Part shown: positions 47,701 through 59,971 of the stretch, piece by piece
Layout: the number at the start of each line of letters is the position of its first letter
Position numbering within the stretch: position 1 is the stretch's first letter
Notes under the pieces: model-generated
The model's database searches: none
Told to the model about the DNA's origin: nothing
The model's input: only the letters and a program-made list of their open reading frames with translations
Made by a program: the position numbers and the translations under genes
Source: Mantamonas sphyraenae STR306
Lineage: Eukaryota; Protista; CRuMs
Reading direction: 5' to 3'
Length of the DNA: 64,000 bases
NCBI GenBank assembly: GCA_026936335.1
Contig: JAPMXV010000005.1
Span: forward strand, 336,636-400,635

Positions 47701-50700
47701 GAGGGAGACGACAAAGGGCACGTCGTGGGTGGTGCGGTTGTTTGCGGTGAGGTCACGTGTCTGGATCCACAGCTGAGCGCCACGGCCTGCGTGTGTAAGG
47801 CGCAGGGGATGATCAAAGTAGACGAGGGCCTTTGTGTTGTTGTTGGGGCCGGGGACGACGGTGAGGGTGAAGGTGTTGCCGGAGACAGTGTTGCCGTTGA
47901 GGGAGAGGGTGACGGTGTAGGTTGTGGCGGGCACGGCGGGTGTGTAGTTGCAGTCGTAGGTGCCCGGAGAGGCGTTGTTTGAGGTGGAGCCTGTGATGGA
48001 GCCTGTGAAGGAGCAGGCCGGGGTCAGGGAGTGTCCGTCGAGGATGTTGTTGTACTGGTCGCGTGCAACGATCTGGAAGGAAGCGGGCTGGCCGTTTGTG
48101 ACGGTGGTACTGCCTGTGTAGGTGCTTGCGGCTGCGTTGAGGGGAGCAGGATTAACCTGGAAGCTGTTTACGGGGCTGCCCGGGAGACTTTGGGCAGACT
48201 GGATGTGTGTGACGGCGAGGGTGAAGGAACCCTTTGTCTGGAGGGCCGAGGTTTGGATGGAGTAGTTGCCTGAGGCGAAGGGGGTGTTCTGGGCCTGGGT
48301 GCCGCCTGTGCCAGTCCAAGTTGCACGGAAAGCGTCTGCGCCGAGGTCGGTGATGAGGTTGTTGTACTGGTCGACGGCGGTGATCTGGATGGTAACGGAG
48401 TCGCCTGCACTGATGGTGGTAGCGCTTGTGGTGAAGGAGCAGCTTGGGACATGGATGGCAGCCGGGTTGACGGTGACGGCGCTGGTGGCGACGAGCTGGC
48501 CGGCGATGGAGATGGTTGCGTTGTAAGTTTCTGCCGAGGTGGGTGTGTAGGAGCCTTGGTAGACGCCGTTGCCCTGGGAGGTTGCGGTCATGAGGAGATC
48601 TGCGGGTGCGCCGTCGTTGGGAGAAAGGCGGACCTGAAAGACGTCGGAGGTGATTGTGGCGCGGGTGTTTCCGTAGGCATCCTTGGAGACGATGTCGAAG
48701 GAGCGTGTCTGGCCCGCAGTGATGGGTTGGTTGTAGGTTGAGGCTACGGTGCACTGTGCGGGGCTGACGGGGCCGACGGAGATGGTAAAGGCCTTGACGT
48801 TGTTCTGGATGGCGGAGTAGGAGGTGCCGTCAAAGAACTCGATGGTGACCTGGAAGGTGCCTGGGGTTGTGGTTGCGCGTGTGCAGCGGTAGGTGTTTGT
48901 GGCGCCGACCTGCTGTGCGTCTGTGGTGCCGGTGAGGCCGTTTGCCCAGGAGCAGCGGAACTTGCGGTTTGCGCAGGAGAGGGTGTGCGGGTTGCCATGA
49001 AGGAGGGCGGTGATGTCGACGGTATATGCGTCTGTGGTGATTGTGTTTGGGGCGGTTGCGGTGGAGGAGGTCATGTCCTCGCCAAAGGTGATTGAGGGCC
49101 CGGTCTGCTGAGACCAGCTTACGCCGCCGTCGATGGAGTAACAGAGCTTGTGGACACCGACGGCAGTGACGGAGGAGGCGAGAGTAGGGGAGGCTGAGGC
49201 GGAAAGAGAGGTGTGGCCTGTGCGAGATGTGGAGGCGCACTGACCGTCGGGGGCAAAGGCGACCATCTTTGTGGCGCCTGTGGATGCGCCGGTGAGGGTG
49301 AGCTGAGGGGTGTTGCAAGCGATGTATACGGGAGCAACGGCAGAGATGGCGTTTGTGGGAGCACGTGTGGCGACGAGGTAGGGCCTGTCTGTGGCGGAGG
49401 TTGTTATCTGGACCCAGCCTGCGGCGTTGCTTGTGTGGAGGCCGTCGGTAGTGTAGGAGGAAGAGCCCGAGTTGACGAGGGTGTACTGGCCGCTGGAAGG
49501 GACGGTGTCGCTCTGGAAGTCAAAGAGGTAGGCGAGGTCCGGGTGTGCGGGCTGCGTCCAGACATCCATAGCGGCAGCGATTTCCTGCTGGGAGCGTGCG
49601 CGTGTCCAGTAGCGGATCTGGTTGAGATAGGTCTTCTTGGGGCCATAGACGTCTGCAGAGGCGCCGTTGTAGCCGAAGCCCATACCGTGGATGGAGGTGG
49701 AAAGGGTGGCACAGCCGAGGGAGCCCGAGGCGACAGTCTGGACACCGTTGATATAGAGCTTTGCTGTGGTGCCGTCATAGGAGCCTGCAATATGGTATGC
49801 CATGTTCTTGGAGAGGAGCTCGGCAGAGACGATGCAGCTGCTGGAGGCGGTGCCGTACTGGAAAAAGACTTGGTGTTGGTTTGCGACGGTGATCTGCTTG
49901 ACGCCGATGGCAAAGGCGCGACTAGAGACAGCGTCTGTGCCGGTCCACAGGTACCAATCCTTGGCGGAGGTGTCGTCGTTCTCCATCATAAAGGTGAGTT
50001 CGATGGTGAAGGCGGCGCTGAGGAATGGCAGGGTGTTTGTGATTTTCTGGACCATGACGACGCCTGCGTTTGCGTTGTAGAATTGTTTCTTGGAGGAAGC
50101 AATGTCTGCGGGGATTGTTTCTGTGGGATTGGAACGGGGGAACGGGGTTAGGGGAGTGGTGGTGGTGGAAGGAGAAGGGGGGGTGACGGGAAGGGAAGGA
50201 TGGACGCACCGAGTCCGCCGCTGACCGGGTAGTCGGCGCTGGCGAGGTTTGCGCTGGTGAAGCCGGTGATGGCGCTTGCACCAGCAAAGCCGTAGTCGCT
50301 GGCAAGGTTGTTGCTTCCGTCGAGAGTGCCGTCTGAGTAAAAGACGTAAAACTTGTTTGTGGAGGCAGCGAGGTTTGTGTTGCGCGGGACGTAGCGGCGG
50401 CGGGCGGCGTACTGGTAGAGGTAGTTGGGAGGGTCGTACCACATCTGGTAAAAGTGGAACGCGGTGTTGCCTTCCCAGGCGTTTGCGCCTGCTCGGAACT
50501 GCGTGTTGATGGTAAACTCGCAGAGGCAGTGCTTGTAATAACCGTTCAAAGGATCACCAAAGATGGCGTTGGTGCACGCGACGTTGTTGCCGCTGGGGTT
50601 GGCTTGTGTTGAAAAGCCGGTTTCCTTGAGCTGGGCAAAGGTTGTTAAGTCGCCACTGCCAGGTTTGCCGTTTGCGTAGCGGCGGCCGTAATAGATGGTG

Positions 50701-52064
50701 CCTGTGCAGCCTTGGCACGTGCCTCCTTCGTTAGCACAGACGCGGCGCTCCCACTTGATGTTGTAGTCCGCGCCGGCGGGCGTGGAGGCATCGGCAGCGG
50801 CAAAGTTGTTTCCGGTGAGGGCGCCGTCGACGGAGACGCGGCAGACGTCCTTTTCGTCTCGGTATCCAACCTGAGAGGTACGCGGGGAGAAGGGGGAGGG
50901 AGGGTGGGGTGTGTGAGTGGGGGGTGGGTGAGTGGGTGAGTGGGAGGAGGGGAGGTGGGGAAGGGGGAGAGGGGAGGGGCGGCACGCACTGCAAAATGCC
51001 AGTTGTTGTCGGCAAATGTGCCGGTGGTGGTGGCGGAGCACAGGACGCCGCTGTTGTAGCCGTGGTAGATGAAGCGGATGGCACCACCGGATTGCATCTG
51101 GAGAGCGAAGCCGTTGTTGATTCCGGTTTCGTCCATAGCTTGCTGGAGGTTGATGCCCATCTGCTTGGCGGTTTGTGAAGTCTTGAACCAGGCCCCAGTG
51201 ACAAAGGGCTGGTCCAGAGGCCTGAGCGGGGGAGAAGGGGGGAAGGTCGGCGTGAGGGTCCGCCATAATTGAGGAATGGGCGAGAGTGGGAAGGGAACAA
51301 GGCGCGAGACGTACTGCAGGTCGGTGGATGTGGCGTGCAGGTTTTGGGTGCCCGTTGAGCCAGTGAAGGCTTTTTCACCGGTGGCTCGGACTGTAGGTAT
51401 CGCGGAAGCGGGAAAAAAGGAGGTGTCAGCGTTTTTGACGTGTGGAGAAAGTCGAAAATACGGAAAAATGGCAAGGTGCGGTTGTGCACGGGAATAAGGC
51501 ATGTTTGGGTGGTACGGAATTGCAGAAAGGCAAGTGGGCACGCGGTAGAGTCCGCGATGGGGTGTGACACAGACAGGCATGGACGGTAGGTGAAAAAAAG
51601 GGGGGTGGGTGTGCGTGGTTGTGCGAGCACGAAATTTCACGTAATGCAAGGCATGGTCGCGGGCGGTGAAGAGGGCAGAGGGACACAGGCAGAGGGTGTG
51701 GGAAGGGTGCGTGTGGTATGGGGAGGGTGCGGGTGCAGGTTGCGGGGTGGGGTGAGGTGTGGCAATCGCCCCGGTGGGCCGAAGGAGATTTTCGGAGGGC
51801 GGAGCCAATGTCGGCAGGGGCGGTGCTTGAAAGGTGGGAAGGCGGGAGAGAGTAGGGCGAGTGCAGACATGGAGTGAAGAGGGGTTGCGAGTTGGGGGTG
51901 GAGTGTGGAACGCGGGGCAAGCGGGGGTGCATTGGGGGAGTGGGCAGTGGGATTGGGGGGCGCGCGAAAAAGGCAAGTGCGCGGAGAAACTGACCGTGAA
52001 GGGCGAGGGTGGTGAGACAGAGCACCAGGGAAAAGGAGATGAGTGCCTGACGGGGTTTCATCAT
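32716..52064 (-). CDS. Giant (~6147 aa) surface receptor: signal peptide, LamG/pentraxin-like domains, filamin/Ig repeats, IPT/TIG, Cys-rich repeats, multipass TM domain, two RGS-like domains; 5 exons (52064-51995, 51390-51315, 51221-50990, 50870-50210, 50120-32716)
   Basis: The four GT..AG introns give a continuous frame (18,444 nt). MMKPRQALISFSLVLCL signal; many 'ARDxFxN...GxY...GSPF' filamin repeats; GPxxGxTxITITGTNF IPT; C-rich GYRGPLCAVC; hydrophobic helices with FLYDGY...YFWE; acidic helical tail. Confidence 0.88.
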
Positions 52065-52202
52065 GTTGTGGTGCAGTGTGTTTGTGTTGGTGGGGAATGT
52101 GTGGAGCTGCGGTGGGACGGGAGTCGCAAACGCACAGAAGGGAGTGGGTGCGTTGTCCGACAGTTTTGGAAGAGGAGGCATGGGAAACAAGGGGATGGGT
52201 GT

Positions 52203-55200
52203 TCATTCGAGGCGTTGGCGTTTGGAGGAGAGGAGGAGGAGGAGGAGGAGGAGGAAGGGTCTTTGCGCTTGGGGAGGGTGAAGGAGGGGATGGGGTGGGC
52301 GTTGACGAGAGCGAGAGTGGTGGGGCGTGTGTTGATGTGGGGTGTGATGCGGTCGATGAGGGTGTGGAGGAGGGTGTGCAGTGTGGCGTCGCTGGGTTTG
52401 GGTTTGTCGAGCCAGATGATCTTGAGGGAGAGGGTGGTGACACCGCGGTTGAGGGTGAGCTTGATGGCAGGTCGAACCTGCTTGTAGGTGAGGTGTGGCC
52501 TGAGGAGACGGACAAAGAAGGCCAGGTCGACAGGCGGCACGCCAACGTTGCCCAGCGCCAGGATGATGTGACGCACCAGGGACTGCAGGCTGCCGTTGTT
52601 GATCAGCTCACGCAGTGCATGGTTCTCGTTTGCGTGCTGATGGCGAGGGTGCTTGGCTGCGCGTGCCTTCATGTGTGCCAGCAGCGTCTGGAACTCCCGC
52701 GTCGTGCAGCTGCCACGCTCGTCGTTGGGATTGTGCTTTGCCCAGCCACTGCGCACAGACTCAGGATGCCACTTTCCCACCGTGTTGTTGGTATTCAGGT
52801 GGTGGTCGTAGTCGCATTGTGTCCAGTGTGGGTCGCTGTCGTTGTCAGCAGGGCGTCGTGCTTCCTGCAGGCACAGCTGGGTCTGCTCGTGCTCCTTCCA
52901 GGAGATGGGATGGGGCCTGTCGCCAAGGGTGTCCATCTCTGTCATGATAAGGTGGAGGAGGTCGTAGTTGGGCTCGCCGTGGTCGTGTGGCTCCTCCAGC
53001 CAGCACACCTTCAACCCAGCCTTTGTCACACCCATGGCCAGACCAGCGTTGGGGATGGCATTGATGCACGCCTGATGATCCACATTACGGCCGAGGAGGA
53101 TGAGGCAGAAGGACATGTCGCCCTGGGAGAGTGGAATGTTGCCCAGAGCGAGCTGAATCTGTCGGACGAGCGTTAACAGGGTGCCATGGCAGACCACAAC
53201 ACGCGCCTGCAGTGTCATCAGGTCGGGGATGTTGTCGATGGGATGCTCGTTGGCCAGGGTGTGCATGTGTCTCAGCAGTGCCGTGTGCTCCTTCTTGTTG
53301 CTGTGGCTGCGCTCGCTCTTGCGCCAGGACGTCCAGCCACTGCGCACAACGCCATCTGACAGTCCATCCTCCACGGCCATCTTCTCCTCCTTTGTGGGCT
53401 CGGGCAGAACGAGCTCGGTGATATCGAGGGCATTGACGTCGTCGGTGGTGGTGGGGCGGGTGGTGATGTGGGGTGTGATGCGGTCGATGAGGGTGTGGAG
53501 GAGGGTGTGCAGTGTGGCGTCGCTGGGTTTGGGGTTGTCAAGCCAGGCGATCTTGAGGGAGAGGGTGGTGACACCGCGAGTGAGGGTGTTGCTGATGGCA
53601 CCGTTCACATGCTCGTACGTGAGGTGTGGCCGGAGGAGGCGGATAAAGAAGGCCAGGTCGACAGGCGGCACGCCAACGTTGCCCAGTGCCAGGATGATGT
53701 GTCGCACCAGGGACAGATTGCTGCCGGTGTTGATCAACTCACGCAGTGCCTGGTGCTCGTGTGTGTGCTGATGGCGAGGGTGCTTGGCTGCGCGTGCCTT
53801 CATGTGTGCCAGAAGCGTCTGGAACTCCCGCACCGTGCAGCTGCCACGCTCGTCGGTCGCGTCACCCCGGGACTTGCTCCAGCCACTGCGCTCAGACTCA
53901 GGATGCCACTTTTCCACCTCGGTGGTGGTGAGGTGGTGGTCGTAGTCGCATTGTGTCCAATGTGGGTCGCTGTCGTTATCAGCAGGGTGTCGTGCTTCCT
54001 GCAGCCACAGCTGGGTCTGCTTGTGCTCCTTCCAGGTGATGGGATGGGGCCTGTTGCCGAAAGTGTCCATCTCTGTCATGAGCAGGTGGAGGAGGGCGTA
54101 GTTGGGGTCACCGTGGTCGTGTGGCTCCTCCAGCCAGCACACCTTCAACCCAGTCTTTGTCACACCCGTGGCCAGACCAGCGTCGTGGATGGCATGTCTG
54201 CACGCATTTTGATCCATACAACGGCCGAAAAGGGTGAGGCAGAAGGCCATGTCGCCCTGGGAGAGGGAAATGTTGCCCAGAGCGAGCAGGACCTGTCGCA
54301 CCAGCGTCAACAGGGTGCCATGGCAGACCACAACACGCGCCTGCAGGGTCATGAGGTCGGAGATGTTGTCGATGGGATGCTCGTTGGCCAGGGTGTGCAT
54401 GTGGTTCAGCAGTGCCGTGTGCTCCTTCTTGTTGCTGTGACTGCGCTCGACACTGATTCCCGCTGTCCACCCTTTGCGCACAACACCATCTGGAAACATG
54501 TTCGTCTTGTCCTCGCCTGCAGTTTTCTTCCGTGCGTCGGTGTCTCCGTTCTTTGCGCTCCTTGCCCGTGTGCTAGACGTTCCTGTCTCTGTGCCACTGC
54601 CAGGCGTGACCCTGAGCCTGCGCTGTCCACTGCCTTTCATCTTCTGTGGACCAGTACTGGTGAGGCCTCTGCGTCGTCGTGTGCGGACTTTTCTTGAGCG
54701 CCCCGAATGCCATGCGTCCGTGTCCTCCTGTTCCATGTCGTCTGTGTCGTCGTCGCTGTCGTCTGGCGGCATGTACTCCTCATCCATGGCATCACCAGTG
54801 TCCGAGAAGCTGAGTGCGCCCTGAGTTTCCAACTCGTCGTCCACGTGCTGCTGGCATGCGTTGTTTGCCTCGCCGTTTTCTTCGTACGCCTCCATCCATG
54901 AGCTGGCCACTCTGAGTTGCTGGAGATTGACCTTGGTTCACGGTGGCCAAAGTTCAGGAACATCAGGTCCTCCACGTTGCCGGTGTCTTGTGTGTGTGTG
55001 TCCTGGTCTGCGCCGTCGTCGTCGCTGTCTCCAGTCTGCCGTGTGGCCTGGTGGGAGGAGGACGACGATGTGGTGGTGGATGTGGTCCGTGTGATGCCGA
55101 CAAAGGCAGGGCTGATGCGTTTGGGGACGCGGTTGTGGTTTGTGGTGGGTTGAGCAGGCGGAGGGTGCAACGGAGGCTGAGCGAAGTGCATCTGGGCGGT

Positions 55201-55786
55201 TTGTCGCGGCTGAGGAGGCGGCGGAGGAGGGTAGGCGTAGTATGGGTGGCCCTGATGAGCATATGTGTGGTGCTGCTGGGGATGGGTGTTGACAGGGACC
55301 CAGATGATGGGTGGTTGTGGGTGCTGGTACGGGTTTTGTACGCCAGAGACGGGTAGCATGGTCGGAAACGGCTGGGCAGCCATGGGAGGGACAATGTACG
55401 CGTAGCTGTGGGGTGACGGGGAGGGGCAGGGCGGGGTGGGAACGGTGAGCGGAAGGCGGAATGGACGCCGTCAGAGCAGAAGTGGGGGTGAAGGGAGGCT
55501 GGAACGAGCAAAGAGGGAAACCGGAGGAGATTGGCAGACGGGGAAACTGGCAACGGGGAGGGCAGTGACAGGGAAGAGAGGATCGGAGAAGAGCGGAGAA
55601 GGCAGCAGCGGGGGTGATTGGGAAGTGGAGATGCAGAGGAGGAGTGCAGGGAAGCGACGGAGGCATTGGGGGGCAAGGAACAGGGAGGAGCGGGCAGTCA
55701 GAAAACGGAGTGGAAGGCAGAACGCACGCTGGGTAGGTGTTGGGTGTGGGTTGTTGCTTCGGAGTGCTTGAGTAGTCGTTGTCCAT
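52203..55786 (-). pseudogene. Subtelomeric modular-repeat gene, copy A (two frameshifts)
   Basis: Exon 1 55786-55728, intron 55727-55406. A 4-nt deletion near 54907 relative to copies B and C, and a slip in the GGA run near 52229, break the frame. Assembly error is not excluded. Confidence 0.7.
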
Positions 55787-55879
55787 GGTGGTGGTGGTGG
55801 TATTGGAGTGTATGTGGATTTTGTTGGACAGGTGGAGGGTGATGTGGGTGTTGGTGATACTTTGGTTGAAGGCGGATGG

Positions 55880-56050
55880 GTGGGGTGCACAGGTGGACGA
55901 GGATAAAGAGACGGGGTTGTTGATGAATGGTGAAGAGAGGGAGGCGATGTTGACTGTGGAGGGATGGAGGCGTATGTGGAGGAGAGAGGGTGGGAAGGGT
56001 GGGTGACACTGCCGGATGAGGTGATGGAGAGGGTGGTTGGGCGTATGGGG
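55880..56050 (+). pseudogene. Degenerate fragment of the LRR-ankyrin gene C-terminal tail
   Basis: Translates WGAQVDEDKETGLLMNGEEREAML, then after a frameshift WVTLPDEVMERVVG. Confidence 0.85.
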
Positions 56051-56090
56051 AGGTGAGGGTGAGTGGGAGGGAGTGGGAATGAAGGGTGGT

Positions 56091-59000
56091 TCATTCGAGG
56101 CGTTGCCGTTTCGAGGAGGAGGAGGAGGAGAAGGAGGAAGGGTCTTTGCGCTTGGGAAGGGTGAAGGAGGGGATGGGGTAGGCGTTGACGAGTGCGGAGG
56201 TGGTGGGGCGTGTGGTGATGTGGGGTGTGATGCGGTCGATGAGGGTGTGGAGGAGGGTGTGCAGCGTGGCGTCGCTGGGTTTGGGGTTGTCGAGCCAGGC
56301 GATCTTGAGGGAGAGGGCGGTGACACCGCGGGTAAGGTTGTGGCTGATGGCAGGTCGAATCTGCTTGTAGGTGAGGCGTGGCCTGAGGAGGCGGACAAAG
56401 AAGGCCAGGTCGACAGGCGGCACGCCAACGTTGCCCAGTGCCAGGATGATGTGTCGCAGCAGGGAGTGCAGGCTGCCGTTGTTGATGAGATCACGCAGTG
56501 CCTGGTGCTCGTGAGCGTGCTGATGGCGAGGGTGCTTGGCTGCACGTGTCTTCATGTGTGCCAGCAGCGTCTGGAACTCCCGCGCCGTGCAGCTGCCACG
56601 CTCGTCGCCGTGATTGGCACTGTTCCAGCCATCGCACAGACTCAGGATGCCACTTGTCCACCTTGGTGGTGGTGAGGTGGTGATCATAGTCGCAATGTGT
56701 CCAGTGTGGGTCGCTGTCGTTGTCAGCAGGGCGTCGTGCTTTCTGCAGCGACAGCTGGGTCTGCTCGTACTCCTTCCAGGTGGTGGGATGGGGCCTGTCG
56801 CCAAGGGTGTCCATCTCTGTCATGAACAGGTGGAGGAGGGCGTAGTTGGGGTCGCCGTGGTCGTGTGGCTCCTCCAGCCAGCACACCTTCAACCCAGCCT
56901 TTGTCACACCCATGGCCAGACCAGCGTGGATGATGGCATGGCTGCATGCATGTCGATCCATATCACAGCCGAGGAGGGTGAGGCAGAAGGCCATGTCACC
57001 CTGCGAGAGGGGAATGTTGCCCAGAGCGAGCTGAACCTGTCGGACCAGCGTGCTCAGGGTGCCATGGCAGACCACAACACGCGCCTGCAGGGTCATGAGG
57101 TCGGGGATGTTGTCGATAGGATGCTCGTTGGCCATGGTGTGCATGTGGTTCAGCAGTGCCGTGTGCTCCTTCTTGTTGCTGTGGCTGCGCTCGCTCTTGC
57201 GCCATGTTGTCCAGCCACTGCGCACAACGCCATCTGGCAGTCCATCCTCCTCCGCCATCTTCTCCTCCTCTGTGGGCTCGGGCAGAACAAGCTCTGGGAT
57301 GTCGAGGGTGTTGATTTCATCGGTGGTGGTGGGGCGAGTGGTGATGTGGGGTGTGATGCGGTCGATGAGGGTGTGGAGGAGGGTGTGCAGTGTGGCGTCG
57401 CTGGGTTGAGGTTTGTCGAGCCAGGCGATCTTGAGGGAGAGGGAGGTGACGCCGCGGGTGAGGGTGTTGCTGATGGCAGTTGAGACCTGGTGGTAGTTGA
57501 GGTGTGGACTGAGGAGGCGGACAAAGAAGGCCAGGTCGACAGGCGGCACGCCAACGTTGCCCAGCGCCAGGATGATGTGTCGCAGCAGGGAGTTCAGGCT
57601 GCCGTTGTTGATCAGCTCACGCAGTGCATGGTGCTCGTGTGTGTGCTGATGGCGAGGGTGCTTGGCTGCGCGTGCCTTCATGTGTGCCAGCAGCGTCTGG
57701 AACTCCCGAGGCGTGCAGCTGCCACGCTCGTCGCCGGTCTTGCTCCAGCCACTGCGCACAGACACCGTATGCCACTTGTCCACCTTGGTGGTGGTGAGGT
57801 GGTGGTCGTAGTCGCATTGTGTCCAGTGTGGGTCGCTGTCGTTGTCAGCAGGGCGTCGTGCTTTCTGCAGCCACAGATGGGTCTGCTTGTGCTCCTTCCA
57901 GGTCGTGGGATGGGGCCTGTCGCCAAGGGTGTCCATCTCTGTCATGAGCAGGTGGAGGAGGGCGTAGTTGGGGTCGCCGTGGTCGTGCGGCTCCTCCAGC
58001 CAGCACACCTTCAACCCAGCATTTGTCACACCCATGGCCAGACCAGCGTGGTCAATGGCAAGGCTGCACGCCTGTTGATCCGTGTCACGGCCGAGAAGGG
58101 AGAGGCAGAAGGCCATGTCGCCCTGGGAGAGGGGAATGTTGCCGAGGGCAAGCTGAGCCTGTCGGACCAGCGCCAACAGAGTGCCATGGCAGACCACAAC
58201 ACGCGCCTGCAGGGTCATCAGGACGGGGATGTCGTCGATGGGATGCTCGTTGGCCAGGTTGTGCATGTGCTTCAGCAGTGCCGTGTGCTCCTTCTTGTTG
58301 CTGTGGCTGCGCTCGCTCTTGCGCCAGTTTGACCAGCCATTGCTCACAACACCATCTGGCAACTTGTTCGTCTTGTCCACGCCTGCTTTCTTCCGTGCGC
58401 CGGTGTCTCCGCTGTTGGCCCTCCTTGCTCGTGTGCTTGACGTTCCTGTCTCTGTGCCTCTGCCAGCCGTGACCCTGCCCCTGCGCTGTCCGCTGCCTTT
58501 CGTCTGTTGTGAAACAGCATGTTGACTGCTGTGGACTCTGCGTTGTCGTGTGCGGCCTCTAATTGTGAGTCTCGGCTGCCATTCGCTTTTGTCCTCCTGC
58601 TCCATGTCGTCTGTGTCGTCGTCGCTCTCGTTGTGTGGCATGTACTCCTCATCCATGGCATCACCAGTGTCTGCGAGGCTGAGTGCGCCCTGAGTTTCCA
58701 TCTCGTTGTCCACGTGCTGCTGGGTTGGGTCGTTTGCCTCGCCGTTTTCTTCGTACGCCTCCATCCCTGAGCTGGTCATCCACTCTGAGTTGCTGGACAT
58801 TGACCGTGGTTCACGGTGGCCAAAGTTCAGGAACATCAGGTCCTCCACGTTGCCGGTGTCTTGTGTGTGTGTGTCCTGGTCTGCGCCGTCGTCGTCGCTG
58901 TCTCCAGTCTGCCGTGTGGCCTGGTGGGAGGAGGACGACGATGTGGTGGTGGATGTGGTCCGTGTGATGCCGACAAAGGCAGGGCTGACGCGTTTGGGGA

Positions 59001-59662
59001 CGCCGTTGTGGTTTGTGGTGGGTTGAGCAGGCGGAGGGTGCAACGGAGTCTGAGCGACGTGCATCTGGGCGGTTTGTCGCGGCTGAGGAGGCGGCGGAGG
59101 AGGGTAGGCGTAGTATGGGTGGCCGTGATGAGGATATACGTGCTGCTGCTGGGAATGGGTGTTGACAGGGACCCAGATGATGGGTGGTTGTGGGTGCTGG
59201 TACGGGTTTTGTACGCCAGAGAAGGGCAGCATGTTCGGAAACGGCTGGGCAGCCATGGGAGGGACCATGTACCCATAGCTGTGGGGGAGACGGGGAGGGG
59301 GATGGGCGGGGTGGGAACGGTGAGCGGAAGGGGGGATGGACGCCGTCAAGGCAGAAGCGGGGATGAAGGGAGGCCGGAACGCGCAAAGAGGGAAAACGGA
59401 GGAGATTGGCAGACGGGGAAACTGGCAACGGGGAGGGCAGTGACAGGGGAGAGGGGATCGGAGAAGAGCGGAGAAGGCAGCAGCGGTGGTGATGGGGAAG
59501 TGGAGATGCAGGGAAGGAGGGCAGGGAAGCGACGGAGGCATGGAGGAGGCGAGGAAGCGGGAGAAGCGCGCAGTCAGAAAACGGAGTGGAAGGCAGAACG
59601 CACGTTGGGTAGGTGTTGGGTGTGTGTTGTTGCTTCGGAGTGCTCGAGTAGTCTTTGTCCAT
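56091..59662 (-). pseudogene. Subtelomeric modular-repeat gene, copy B (one frameshift)
   Basis: Exon 1 59662-59604, intron 59603-59279. A 2-nt deletion near 56631 (ccagccatcgcac versus ccagccactgcgcac) splits the ORF. Confidence 0.7.
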
Positions 59663-59757
59663 GGTGGTGGTGGTGGAACTGGAGTGTATGTGGATTGTGT
59701 TGGACTGGTGGAGGGTGTTGTGGCTGTTGGTGATACTTTTGGTTGAAGGCGGATGGG

Positions 59758-59940
59758 TGGGCTCCACAGGTGGATGAGGCGATGGAGGTGGCGTTGGTGA
59801 TGAATGGGGAAGGGAGGGAGGGGATGTTTGGGTGAGATGGGATGGAGGCGTATGTGGTGGAGAGAGGGTGGGGAGGGTGGGTGACACTGCCAAATGAGGT
59901 GATGGAGAGGGTGATTGGGTGGGTGGGGAGGGGAGAGTGA
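59758..59940 (+). pseudogene. Degenerate fragment of the LRR-ankyrin gene C-terminal tail
   Basis: Translates WAPQVDEAMEVALVMNGEGREGMFG*DGMEAY...WVTLPNEVMERVIGW. Confidence 0.88.
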
Positions 59941-59971
59941 GTGGGGAGGGTGTGGGAATGAAAAAGGTGGT

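Noticed and set aside
50121-50442. ORF-track N-terminus of the 5908-aa protein
   Set aside because: It is an out-of-frame exon plus intron sequence; the spliced model supplies a proper signal peptide.
51391-51994. ncRNA within the unusually long 604-bp first intron
   Set aside because: No convincing snoRNA boxes or tRNA fold by eye; an Infernal/Rfam scan would be needed.
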